Shown here: piece after piece, positions 14,501-26,840 of the stretch
Layout: every line of letters starts with the position of its first letter
Position numbering within the stretch: position 1 is the stretch's first letter
Source of the DNA: Rhina ancylostomus
Lineage: Eukaryota
Length of the DNA stretch: 64,000 bases
NCBI GenBank assembly: GCA_030265395.1
Contig: JARFYF010000104.1
Span: forward strand, 79,684,013 to 79,748,012
Direction of reading: 5' to 3'
Position numbers and translations under genes: made by a program
Notes under the pieces: model-generated
What the model saw: only the letters and a program-made list of their open reading frames with translations
Databases searched by the model: none
Told to the model about the DNA's origin: nothing

Positions 14501-17500
14501 ACTACTTGTATACGAAAGTTAAATCTATTTATTGACTTCAGCCAATGTTTGGAAAAGGCCAGAGGGGAAAAAAAAACCCTGGAAAGAAGGAAATTGCCAA
14601 TGTCAGCTTCAGGACTCGCTATTCCACCACATGTATGTTTCACAAGTTGTTAAAAAGATTCTCTTCATTACAGAAAATAGCCTTACAATCTTCCCAAACT
14701 GAGCCAACCTTCTGCCTCACCCATCATCTGCCCCACCCCAAATAAAGGCTTATACTAAGAACTTATTCAGCTTCCTATTCTCAAACCCCTTAAAAGAGAC
14801 ATTCCTTAAAATTAAATTAGGTTCCAGTTAAAAAACCCTCAAGGAACCCTCAAGGCCTTGTTTAGTTGGTAAGATCAAATTACACAAAAGCAATATCAAT
14901 TTTTTTGCAGCCCAAATGACAATTAGATTGTCCTTAATTAAAGCCAAAGCAAATTGCTACGATGATGAATTAATAAAAGGGCTTCAGACCCTCCAATTCC
15001 AGAGACTGAGTACGGCATAACCAAAATAAATCTTAGTCGAACAATAGTCAAACAATAGAAATAGCGCCTCTGGAATGAGCTGTCAAACTAAATGCATGTG
15101 GAAATATGACTCAAGATAAAATAACAGGTAACCATCTTTAGCAAGGGTAAGGGAGTGGACAGTTGCAAAATGGCTGTCAATTTCTCAATTCCCTTTCAAT
15201 TTGTATTGGTTCTTGGTTGATGCTAACGTACAATTTAAGGCTATTTGACAGACTTTTTATGTTTGTTACATTACTGAGGGCCTACAAAAGCAGGATAACT
15301 TCATACTCCAGCTTTGTTATCAACTGTGTGGAAGAACGAAGGGTTTAAACCAAACATATCCACGGAAAACCCAAGACAACTGATTGTATACAACTACAGA
15401 AACAATACAAAGCAGAATTGATTGAACTTAGTATATTGTAGCTTGTATTAGCAAAGTATTGGGAAACAATACCGGTGAGAGAAACATTAAAAAAGTTAGG
15501 AGATACCCCATATAAGTGGCATTTATGTAGTCAAATTGAATAAATGATCTTACCTACAAGGCTCTTTTCTGGTGCAGGAGGTACAATGTAGCCCACATGC
15601 ATATACTTTGAAGCTAATTTGCTATGTAGACCCAGAAAGTCACTAAATCTCCTTTTGACTGTAAATTCTTTGCTGCTGAACATGGATAAAGTAGTCTGCA
15701 TAATGAAAGAATATTCAGAATTACTCCATCCTCCTTTAGTAGACAAATTGGTATTGTTGATGCTATTATGTGTGTGTTTGGAAAAGCTTGTTCTCTACAC
15801 CCACATGGTGCACCCATACCTCACTTTAATAAATTGAATTATTCTGTAGAACATTAATAGGACAAGGTCACATGAGTCTCAATTGCATCATTTGATTTTT
15901 ATGCCTTGGATCCTTCCTATTTTACATTTTAGAAGGCCATCAAGGTTCCATTATAGTCTAAATGTTAACAGGCAACCACCAATGAGTACTGAACCAAAAT
16001 TGGGTGTGGGACCTGGAGGTTCCTCCCCTCCCCCCCTCACCATTTTCTTCTCCCCCCCCTCCCTAAAATTTCTATCCAGATACTGATAAACCATGGCAAA
16101 ACGAGAAATAGCAAAGATCTTGAAATACAAACACAAAATGTACCCATAACCTTAAGCAGCAGTTATTCATGTTGGTTTACAAAGTCTACTAACGAATAGT
16201 CCCAAACACATAACTGGCAACATAATGGGTCAAAATGGCAACTGTCAAACAATTTAGGATGTACATCACATTGGGTCCAGATCATGGAGTACAAAGCTAT
16301 ACAAGGATTTAACATTAATCATCTGACCTACAGTGACCAGTCAATTAAAACCACTGACCCAGGTTTGTTACTCCTACTACTGCAATTAATTTCAATCAAT
16401 ATTACACAAGACCAGTGATCACCTTCAATTGATGCCATGGGTATCCCACATTGTTGCTACAATCAGACAATTGAAGCCACATGTCCCGCAGATAGAGCTC
16501 AAGTTTCATTTTTGCTGACAACCCCAATGACGGTAGGAGAGCCCACTGGTCTTGTATTTACATGTTGATTAAGTTGATTATAAATGGGAGTAATTCAGTA
16601 AAGAAACAATGTAACCCAACCACAGCAAAGTCATTACAGTATTTAACATACTGCCCATTAGTTCCCCCCACAGAACCACCATGCTATTAACTTCATTACC
16701 TTAGTTGACACACTGTAAGCCATGTAGGCATTCATACCATCACCTAAGTGATAAAACACAATTAGATTCACTGCAATGAGAACAGTTCAGAGTAAACTAG
16801 AAATATGGATTACAATTCAATAGTATGGGTTTCAAAGTAAAATTGTGGGAAAATGAGTGGAAAGGACTTGGGACAGAAGAATGTACACTACAAAAATCCA
16901 CTCAAAAAAAGCCAATTTCATTTCTTTCTGAAGTGAGAAAAAGTAGAGCAATATAGTATAAATCAAATGACAGGAACATGCAGAAATATCAGGGGTGGGG
17001 TGGCGGGGAAGAGAAAAGAGGTCAAAAGAGTTGCCACAGAAGGAGGACTGAAAGTTTAAGCATGGAGCTAGTCAAAAATTTCAGGGCAGCATTCAAATCT
17101 ACAAAAGCCCATGCAAAAGGAGACAGCCTCAGCAATAATCAAGATACATTTTCATAATGAAAACTTACCAACTTTTTCAGGGTCAGAAACTAACACATGA
17201 ATGTCAAACACATCTCCGTTTGCCTCTTCCTCAAGCTACAATAAAAGCCACAAAACCAGTAACAACTTAACACAATTTTTTCCAGAACTGTTAAGCACAA
17301 GGTGAGAATTCAATTCAGAATTCTAATTGAAGCTCAAAACTTAAACAATAAGTGTACCAGTGAGATCAGTCAAGTTAAAATGTAATATCTAGTACATATA
17401 CCAAAAGTGTAGATATTACAGGAAAGGACAGCCACAGAGACTACATTTCAAAAACATGGACACCATGTTAAATCATGTCCAATAGACTACAGATGCATTT

Positions 17501-20500
17501 AATGCAGTAAGCATTACTATTTAAAAGGACACCAAGTAAAGAAATGGTCATGGGTTGGTGGTCGAAAGAATCCAATTTGTGAACTTTAGTTCCCAGATAA
17601 CCTTCAGTCTAACTGGATAGTGCAGGTCAAGCCTAGATTCATACTCATTACGTCCTTTTTGATAAAAAAGGAAGAAAATTAGAAGTCATTCATACAAAGT
17701 CATTTGCAGTACCAATTCCAAGTTGCAATAAAATGCAGCTTGAGGCCAAGTTGGGATGCAAAATAAGTTAGCCCAAGAAAGCCATTCCAAAATTACCCCA
17801 ATTAAAAAAAATATCAAACTAAAACTGGGTTTGAGATCCCAGACTGCATTTTCTAATGGGGAAAAGAGAAGAGTTTAACCATTCAGATACAGGAAGCAAA
17901 TCTAGGACTCTTACAATAAACACCTGTACTTGAAAAACTGCTCATCTTGTCAATTACCTTGCCTGGCAGTCCATTCCTAAATATTCAATCCCATTTGTTA
18001 CAACTCAAACAAGGCATTATTGAGCTTGATAAAACTTTTCCAAAGAACTCAAAATGTGAACCAGAAGTAGTTCTCTGAAAACCAGTGCTCTGACCCAAGA
18101 ATGGTTTCACTACTGAAGATTCAGATATTGCATTTTTCAGTCACTTAAAATCAAATCCAATCACTGTTAACAAAAAGTCACCTATATGGATACAAAACAG
18201 GATACAAGTGACACAATGTCAGTAATGAAATGGCTTAATGCCCAACCTTTCATACATCATTTGCAAAAGGCAACCCAATATTAAGAGGGTTAGAATAAAC
18301 ACCCCACAAGAGTTTGAACACATACAAAGCCCCCATTGTTCTCTGGCCAACATTTCATTGTTCAACTTGAAAATGGANNNNNNNNNNNNNNNNNNNNNNN
18401 NNNNNNNNNNNNNNNNNNNNNNNNNNNNNNNNNNNNNNNNNNNNNNNNNNNNNNNNNNNNNNNNNNNNNNNNNNNNNNNNNNNNNNNNNNNNNNNNNNNN
18501 NNNNNNNNNNNNNNNNNNNNNNNNNNNNNNNNNNNNNNNNNNNNNNNNNNNNNNNNNNNNNNNNNNNNNNNNNNNNNNNNNNNNNNNNNNNNNNNNNNNN
18601 NNNNNNNNNNNNNNNNNNNNNNNNNNNNNNNNNNNNNNNNNNNNNNNNNNNNNNNNNNNNNNNNNNNNNNNNNNNNNNNNNNNNNNNNNNNNNNNNNNNN
18701 NNNNAAACAATGCAAGACGAGGCAAAACTTATTGCAAGTATCACTGCCTGTTCATGGATTAAAAATTCCATAGCAAAGTAGCAAGACCCTTTCCTACAGC
18801 ACAGTTTCAATAAAATTAAAAATGTTGAACTTAAATGGAGTTTTAGTTTGTCTGCTCAGACTAAATTGAGTCAATTGTAAAGATTTGTTTTAAGTATATG
18901 TACTATCTTCACAGTGGAGTTGTACACTAATAAAGCATAATGAAAATAGCCACCATCCACCGAGTCTGAGCAATCCAACCACAGTTCAAATAGTTTTACT
19001 AGAGGACCATTTATCAAGTTGCAAACATGGATAAGTCTCTCAAATTAGTGTACAAGAAAGAAAATGCAGATACCCAGCATGCAGAGCTTAACCAACCACA
19101 GTCAACCACGTCATCTAATTCAAGGTGTAATATAAGGAACTAAACATGATATGACTGCACAGCGCCTAAAGCATGCACAAATAAATAGGTAGCTGGGAGA
19201 ATACACTCAATTAAAGTGGCATTTTGTACAACTTTAATTTACTTCTGTGATTGCACCATATCCAAAATGGAAATTTTTGAGCTTGTGAAAGCAAGTTAAC
19301 TTTGATTCTACTATTCTATAACATTCACATTTGTGCTGTCAATCCAAGGATCAAATTCTGTATCAACTACAGCATTAAATATCCACATGCAAGTTCAGTT
19401 TAACACACCTCTTTTCCTTGCTGAGATTTCCCTTTCAATTGTACTCTTTAGCTTACAAATCAAAATAAACAAGCATTCAGAATCCTACCCTGACCACTTT
19501 TTAAAAGCTGTATTTGACAGGACCTTATCACCAAATATTCCTCAAACATTTGCACAGACATTCAAATTGTCCAATTTAAATCAAGCATTAGCAAGTCTAT
19601 AAACCATCCAAATCAGTTCATTGAAACCATGTACAAAACCAGTCTTAAAACCTCAAAGCATCTGGTTTGCAGGAATTTCATTCCTGCATGAGAATGCAAT
19701 GGGCTTCCAAAAATAATCCAAGCCTTAGTTGATAAGCAATATGCCACATGAAAACTCACACCTGTGGGAAAAACCCACAACTGTAAGTAAAATGTGTAAA
19801 TGCACATTGCTTCGCCACACCGCCCCCCCCCCCCCCAAAGCACAGAATGTAACTCAAAGACAATCCTCAAAATCCAATTTACTAGATGAACATATGGAAT
19901 AGCTATTAAATACAAACTTCCAGTGAGTGGCTGTATTAGCTTAGGGTAATTTTAAAAAATGCCCCAAACAAATTTTCTATAAAAACTGAACTGTTCCTTT
20001 CAGAATTTCTGATTGACTGATGCATAAAATAGGAGCTGGAACTAAAGATTCAGGGTCTGATATTTAGGAAGTTGAATCTGGACTGACAAGTTTTATCAAT
20101 GCATACCTCTGAGCAACAAGCTCCTGGACCATCAAAATCATGTTGTTGATATATCCCAGTAAAGCCACTAGATACTTGCTAATAGCACCCAAATGCAAAG
20201 TTGCAAAACTAGTTTAATAATGGTATTTTATTGACAGGCTGAATACATGTGGACAAAACAAGCATCTTGCAAATGTGAAAGCAGATATATGTGGTGTGCA
20301 GGACAAAATTCTCAACAATGGGATTCAGCTCTCAGAACCAAGTCTGAACCTCAGTGCTTTTTCATTACTGAAAAACTTTTATACATACTCATTTCCTCTA
20401 GAAACAGCTCATTCAATAATTACTCTCTCTGTTCAATAATTAAACACTGAATTCTCCCACTTTAAGTAATCCCACCACCCCCCTCTCCCACAACACCCTC

Positions 20501-23500
20501 CCCCCATGNNNNNNNNNNNNNNNNNNNNNNNNNNNNNNNNNNNNNNNNNNNNNNNNNNNNNNNNNNNNNNNNNNNNNNNNNNNNNNNNNNNNNNNNNNNN
20601 NNNNNNNNTTTGACCCATCCCCCTTTGGATCTGCTCTCCCTTCCTTCCCTGCACCTGCCTGTCACTATCTCTTAGCTGCATCAACGTATCAGCACCTTGT
20701 ACCCACTCTGCCTCCCCTCTTTTGTCCACCTATCACTGCTTTGCTTTTCCCGTCCTATATTTGGGCTTCCCCTTTTTCCATCTTCAGTCCTGAAGGGTCC
20801 AGATGCTGCCAGGCCTGCCAAGTTCCTCAGTGCTTTTCATCCAGATTCCAGCATCTGCAGTCCCTTTTTTCTCTACTGACCCATCTTTGGCTCCCAACTA
20901 AGCAACACTTCAAATTCTGCTTTTCAAAATTACACATGGCTCCCATCCTCTCCAGCATTAAGGTTAAATTCTCAACATAACTTCACAATAACTGGCTATG
21001 TAACTTCACTTTTCTCGAAATTTCCCCCTCAAACACAACTCTCCCAATGAGGTGACTTGAATGTGCCTTTTGCCCCAAGCTAAAAGGCACTAAAAGTACA
21101 ATTTCTGTTCCCAATATGATATTTGTGGATACTCATGACAAATCACTCAAATTCTGTGCCTCAGTCCGCCAACTGTANNNNNNNNNNNNNNNNNNNNNNN
21201 NNNNNNNNNNNNNNNNNNNNNNNNNNNNNNNNNNNNNNNNNNNNNNNNNNNNNNNNNNNNNNNAAATTCCAGCAACCTTACCAGCAAAGAGGTCTTCATG
21301 GTCATCATCCAGTAAAACTTCAGACTTGGGACCATTTGACTTTACACTTATATCTTCAGTTGGAAGACTAGCAGGATCAGGTGAAGAAGGACTAGACTGA
21401 AAGAACAGCATATCAGCAAGTTTAGCCTGATGTTAACTAGAGTTGAAGACACAAACAGATCATGTTAATAAAGACTTCAGTAAAACACTTTCACTGGATG
21501 AGTACAAGGGCAATCAGGCTAATCATGACTAGTCTTTCCGAGCATATTATCATCCTTGTGCATAACAAAATGTGAAATATTTGAACATATTTTATAAATT
21601 TTAAACTTGCAATCAAAATTCATTTACATTCTTGCTGAAAAAATTCAATGCACAATAGTCATGTTTGCTTAATGGCTTGTACCATCCAAGAGAAATGATT
21701 CAATTTCACAAGATGTTTTCAAGTACTTTTGCTGTTCCTTAGGATGGAGAACAACTTTCATCCATCACAGCTTTGTAAGTTCCAAGGTGACAAAGCCATC
21801 ATAGGAACTGTAGATTCCATGGGCAGCTTATAAGTTTTTACGTTCCATCTGCTCTTTATGCCAAATTTCTCCATGCTCAACATAGACACAAGTTTCTCAT
21901 CACTCCCTTGGTGCTCATTGGCCAGGGAGCAGCATTGTTCTGAAAAAGTTGCCTCAATGAAGCAGATGTAACATGGCAGCCAAAATTTGAGATGCTACAA
22001 ATTCAGACCCTCCCTGATGAAATGAAAGACTTGGTTTTCATGTCTCTGCCCCTCACCCCACCCCCCTCCCCATATTAACCTGCAGTTACAAATAAACTGT
22101 ATTCAAATTCTTAAAATTATTCAACTTTTAAGTGCTTCACAGGTGTGTTTTAAATTCTGCCTTGCCCTGCCCCCATGAACAAACACTTCACTTAAAATAC
22201 AAGCTCTTATACTTCCTGTTAGCTCAGTTGCTGAAATTTGAATTTTTTCTAACATTAAATCTCAAATGAAATAAATTTAATGATGAAAACTTAGTATAAA
22301 TCTCTAGAATTGACTACAAATCCAATTTGTCCATTTCCCTTTCCACCCTCAACTCTAATGGATCATTTCAGCTGCTCTTTGCACTTAATTTGCCTACTTT
22401 AATTAGTTCCAAGTTCTAACACCAAATATTAGTGACTAACATTTCATTGAGTTCTTTTAACTTTAAATCCATCCTGAAGTAAATACAAAACTCAATGCAA
22501 TACACAAAAGTGAACAGATGGAGGAATAAACAACATTTTATTGCTACATAGCATAAGATAATATAAATTTTGTTCAAGGACAGATATCAGGACTACACAA
22601 GAAAAATGATTCCGTAATTTCATGACAAAGAGAATATAGAAAACACCAGCTTGTAATGTTTCAATTAGTAACAAAATTTTTAAGTCTCACTTGCAACTGC
22701 TGTGTCAATTGATTAACGTTTTAATATTCTGATGGCACTGCTCCAGATGTAATGCTCATTACCAAGTATATTATGTACTGATGGAAAAGAGATAGCACTC
22801 GAAACATCCAGTAGTTAGACAATGCACACAGGTGCTTTTGGGCATCAATATTCTTAATTATCAGACTGGGAGTAGAATTGTGATGTACGAATCGCATCAA
22901 CTACTTTCACATCCAGCACAGTATGGTAACTGACTGCAAAGCTCCCTCTAAAATGATTAGCACACAATTTAGCCTTTGTAGAAACATGTTGCCAGAGTGA
23001 TATTGCCGTAAATAGACTGAGCAAAACACCAGTACCTACACAAGATAGATATGTAAAAGCAGCATTTGCAAGATGAGTTACTGTTCAAAAATCATACATT
23101 ATCAAATTCAAATCNNNNNNNNNNNNNNNNNNNNNNNNNNNNNNNNNNNNNNNNNNNNNNNNNNNNNNNNNNNNNNNNNNNNNNNNNNNNNNNNNNNNNN
23201 NNNNNNNNNNNNNNGCAGCATTTGCAAGATTAGTTACAGTTCAAAAATCATACATTATCAAATTCAAATCGTGAACCAAACTGTACATCTTGTGCCAATG
23301 AAGGGAAATAAATTCAAGTGAACCCAATATACCAACTTTACAAGTTGAATGGCGTAATGCAGCAGTTCTAGCTCAAAGAACCTTTACTACCAGAGGTTTA
23401 AATTCTCCAAGGGCCAAAAACTGCTGAGTACCAACCTCATCCTAGCCACTCAAAGAACTGGGCAAGAACAGGATCAGGAATGCAGAAACAAGCTATTATC

Positions 23501-25410
23501 AAATGATCCATCTCAGCAAGAGAAAGCACAGAGGTAGGATGGAAAACAACTTTCAAAAGGAATCATTTGAACAAATGTGCAATAAATTTAAGGGCCATAT
23601 CTCAAATAGAGTTGGACTACAGGAAGGAGATAGAGAGCTTAATAACATGGTGTCATGACAACAACTTTTCCCTCAATGTCAGCAAAACAAAAGAGGTCAT
23701 TGACTTCAGGAAGGAGGCTAGTGCATGCGCTCCTGTCAATGTCAATGCTGCAGAGGTCGAGAGGATTGAGAGCTTCAAGTTCCTAGGAGTGATCACCACC
23801 AATAGCCTCTCCTGGTCCAACCACGGAAATGTCATTGCCAAGAAAGCTCACCAGTACTTCTACTTCCTCATGAGACCAAAGAAATTTGGCATGTCCCCCT
23901 TGACACTCACCAACTTTTATGGATGCACCACAGAAAGCATCTTATTTAGATGCATCATGGCTTGGTATGACAATGGCCACAAGAAACTGCAGAGAGTTGT
24001 GGACACAGCTCAACTCATCACAGAAACCAGCCACATGGGCTGTCTATACTTCCCACTGTCTCGGTAAAGCAGCCAGCATAATCAAAGACCCCACCCACCC
24101 CAGACATTCTCTCTTCTCCCATCAGGTAGAAGATACAAGAGCCTGAAAGCACACACCACCAGGCTCAAGGACAGCTTCTATCCCACTGATACAAGACTAT
24201 CAAACAGTTCCCTTGTATGATAAGATGGACTCTTGACCTCAATCTTGTTATGACCTTGCACCTTATTGTTTACCTGCACTGCACTCTGTAGCTGTGACAC
24301 TTTGCATTCTGTGTTGTTTTACGTTGTACTACCTGAATGCACTGTAACGAATTGATCTGTATTAACAGTATGCAAATTTTTCACTATACCTCAGTACATA
24401 TAATAACAAACCAATTCCAACATAATGGGATTTTTAGCTGTGTACCAGTAATTACACATCTCAGGGATGATTCCAAAATTCAGTTCTACCCAAAACTTAA
24501 AAACAGCACATGTATAAAAAGTTGATGTTAACATAATTGCTAGTGATGTGACTGCATTAGAAATGAGCCCTGAACAATCAATTCACTAGTTTTGATCAGA
24601 TTGAAAATTCAACTTTGTAACAAATCAAAAAAATAGAAGTTTCCCACTTCCCCTCTGAACATTAAAGTTGCTGAAGTTCACAAATTACTCTTAATACAAT
24701 AATCCTGGAACTTAACAGGATTTCATATCAAATTTCAAAACTGTATTCAGTCAAAAGATATTTTGTTGGACCCCATCCTAATGTATAGTCGATTTAATAA
24801 ATCGCAGGTATACACCAAATGGTTTGTAACCGTATTAAATCAATTAACTCAATTAAAACGCCTTATATATTAGGGTTTGCCTCTATTCTACTAACACTGC
24901 TGAACTTTATGTAAACTGACGCTTTCAGTCAGCAACTATAGATTTCTCTCTCTCTCGTTGGCAGAAAACAGACTCTGGACCAGCCGTCATGCACAATTTA
25001 AATCAGGGTAAGTTCACTTTTTTTTGAAAAAAAAGGAAAAAGGCTTTTTTTTTGTAGATAACCCAACGGAAGCGGCGCGATTAACAACTCGCCTCCACTC
25101 AGCAACGCTGTGCCACCGACCACGTAACATCATCGACAAACACAAGAGGAGCCAAGTCCGGCGAGACTCCGTGAAGGAGAAGCGAAACCCCGAGAGAGAC
25201 AAATGTAAGAAACACACAAGTGGCGCCCCGGGTCGTGCCACGGCCACCTCACCCCTCAACCCGGCCCGTCGCCCCCGCATTCACCTCCAAGGTGCTGGTG
25301 GTGCTGACGAAGAGATCCTCGCTCCCCTCCAGCTCCCGAAACTCCGCGTCCTCTTCCTCTCCCTCCAGATCCCCGTCTCCAAACGGAGGAGGCTCCCTCT
25401 CCGCCGCCAT
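2443..25410 (-). CDS. SNX2: Sorting nexin-2 (PX-BAR), multi-exon and 3'-truncated by the window; visible exons listed separately
   Basis: The spliced translation MAAEREPPP...EDLF...[16 protein letters not shown]...[33 protein letters not shown]...[19 protein letters not shown]...QQAKEEIRE matches vertebrate SNX2 as recalled. All visible introns are GT-AG with compatible phases. Confidence 0.98.
4334..4539 (-). CDS. SNX2: SNX2 exon 11 (BAR)
   Basis: gtccag|(E)[68 protein letters not shown]|gtaaac; 206 nt. Confidence 0.97.
6351..6444 (-). CDS. SNX2: SNX2 exon 10
   Basis: tgacag|[31 protein letters not shown]|gtgtgt; 94 nt. Confidence 0.95.
6688..6801 (-). CDS. SNX2: SNX2 exon 9
   Basis: ttctag|[38 protein letters not shown]|gtaaga; 114 nt. 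Confidence 0.96.
9858..9933 (-). CDS. SNX2: SNX2 exon 8
   Basis: ttgcag|[25 protein letters not shown]|gtaggt; 76 nt. Confidence 0.95.
13398..13476 (-). CDS. SNX2: SNX2 exon 7
   Basis: ctgaaag|(G)[25 protein letters not shown](R)|gtaaat; 79 nt. Confidence 0.95.
15554..15695 (-). CDS. SNX2: SNX2 exon 6 (PX core)
   Basis: atgcag|[47 protein letters not shown]|gtaaga; 142 nt. Confidence 0.97.
16700..16743 (-). CDS. SNX2: SNX2 exon 5
   Basis: cacttag|(G)[14 protein letters not shown]|gtaatg; 44 nt. Confidence 0.95.
17169..17235 (-). CDS. SNX2: SNX2 exon 4
   Basis: ttgtag|[22 protein letters not shown]|gtaagt; 67 nt. Confidence 0.95.
20610..20875 (+). mobile_element. Penelope-derived 3' fragment
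   Basis: Pyrimidine-rich tract, then cagtcctgaagggtc, agatgctgccaggcctg and ccagattccagcatctgcagtc. Confidence 0.7.
21282..21396 (-). CDS. SNX2: SNX2 exon 2
   Basis: ttctttcag|[38 protein letters not shown]|gtaagg; 115 nt, phase 0 to 1. Confidence 0.96.
23059..23270. repeat. 56-bp direct duplication flanking a 100-N gap (likely assembly overlap)
   Basis: 23059-23114 versus 23215-23270, 2 mismatches. Confidence 0.85.
23596..24415 (+). mobile_element. Rex1/Babar-type non-LTR retrotransposon, 5'-truncated (RT C-terminus plus 3' UTR)
   Basis: [32 protein letters not shown]...[12 protein letters not shown]...LSWS...[10 protein letters not shown]...[13 protein letters not shown]. Confidence 0.85.
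25285..25410 (-). CDS. SNX2: SNX2 coding exon 1 (42 aa)
   Basis: AAGATGGCGGCG start; [42 protein letters not shown]; donor GAG|gtgaat, phase 0. Confidence 0.96.
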
Positions 25411-25608
25411 CTTCTCTGTCACGACCGCACCGACGAGTCATATGACCCCGCCCCCCGCTCCCGTGAAAGGTTCTATTCAGAATGCGTTGGGAATAAACAT
25501 CCAGCAGCCGGCGGTCCCGGGTCTGGTCCCCACGTGCCGGATTATCAGAGCTGCGCATGGCCTGCTCCAGGTTCCAGCGCAGGTTCCGGGCAAGGCCCAA
25601 ACACTCAC

Positions 25609-25754
25609 CCACTCTTGCCCGTAGCTGTCCTCCAACGAGTTCAAGCTCTGATCTTCCCAATGTGACCGCAGTCCGATGCAGAGAAGCGGATACCAGCCTT
25701 CCTGTGCCATGGTGGTGAAGTAATCCGTGAATCCGGCAAAGGATTGGATAACCC
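25609..25754 (-). other. ATP4A: Isolated exon of gastric H+/K+-ATPase alpha subunit (end of TM7 plus the M7-M8 loop)
   Basis: ag|(G)[48 protein letters not shown]|gtgagt; 146 nt, phase 1 to 0. Closely matches recalled ATP4[50 protein letters not shown]. No other P-type ATPase exon was seen in the window. Confidence 0.9.
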
Positions 25755-26384
25755 CTNNNNNNNNNNNNNNNNNNNNNNNNNNNNNNNNNNNNNNNNNNNN
25801 NNNNNNNNNNNNNNNNNNNNNNNNNNNNNNNNNNNNNNNNNNNNNNNNNNNNNNNNCTCCGTAGCTCGCCCGGACGTCACGCCGTTCGGTCGTTCGCGCC
25901 GCCGATCCACGTGACGAGTGGATCGTGGTCAGTGAGCAATGCCGGTGGGAGCTTGCAGACCTGCTGTGTGATTGCAACTGCTGTGGTCAGCAATCCAACC
26001 AACAAAACATGTTTGTGCGTAAAGGGAATGTCAACGTGGGTGGATTTTATGTTATTCTTCATTATTCCCAGCAAAGCTGTATTTGCAACGTTTCCAGCGG
26101 GCCAGAGCCAGTCAGACCCCCCATGGGCTGTGGCAAAGTTGGCTTTTCCAGTTGGGTTCGGCTCTGTCTGTAATAATACCACAAGTTTATCTCTAAAACT
26201 ATCCATAGCTCAATAGAGTAACAACCAATGAGAAAGTTATTGACATGAAACGTTAGCTCAACTTTGCACTTTACAAATCCTGCCTGACATGCTGAGTATT
26301 TCCAGCGCATTTTTTAATGTGCATATACAAAGAGCTGCTGATCGCAGCTGTTGCATCCTCTATGTACATATATAAAGAACAAAT

Positions 26385-26840
26385 AAAGACTTGGACCCAA
26401 GGAAATAGAAGTTTTGGAGGGGATGGAGAAGAGGTTCTCCAGGAAGTTGCCTGGGTTGTAGCGTGTGAGCAATAAGAAAAGATTGGACAAACTCAGATTG
26501 CTTTTTTTTTCGGAGCATCAGAAACTGAGGGGTGACCTGATAAATGTATATAAAATTATGAGATTTTTTTCCCAGGATAGAAATGTCAAATACTAGAGGG
26601 CATAAGGTTTAAGGTGAGGGGGCAAGGTTTAAAGAAGATTTCAGAACACAGTGGCAGGTGGTAGAAGCAGATACATTAGCAATGTTTCAGAGGCATTTAG
26701 GCAGACACATAAACAAGCAGGGAATAGAGGGACATGGACCTTATGCAGGCAAATGAGATCAATTTAAACTGACATCATGGACATTGCAGACATGGTGAGC
26801 TAAAAGTCTTGTTCCTGTTCCGTATTTTTCTGTGTTCTAT
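26385..26840 (+). mobile_element. CR1 LINE 3' fragment
   Basis: CR1 3' motifs (ctgaggggtgacctgata, actagagggcataaggtttaaggtgagggg, aggcatttag). Confidence 0.8.

Larger units (their letters stand above)
25040..25960. promoter_or_regulatory. CpG island / SNX2 promoter (interrupted by the ATP4A-like segment and a gap)
   Basis: Dense CpG against a CpG-depleted background. YY1-like AAGATGGCGG over the start codon, GC box ccccgcccc at about 25446-25455, palindrome GTCATATGAC at 25437-25446, CRE-like GACGTCA at about 25873-25879, E-box CACGTG at 25908-25913. Confidence 0.85.

Noticed and set aside
18219-18810. Long ORFs containing X runs (also 41289-42040, 53919-54770 and others)
   Set aside because: Artefacts of N gaps.
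25014-25665. Long overlapping ORFs (213, 134 and 88 aa) over the CpG island
   Set aside because: Antisense or off-frame shadows of SNX2 exon 1 in GC-rich, stop-poor DNA.
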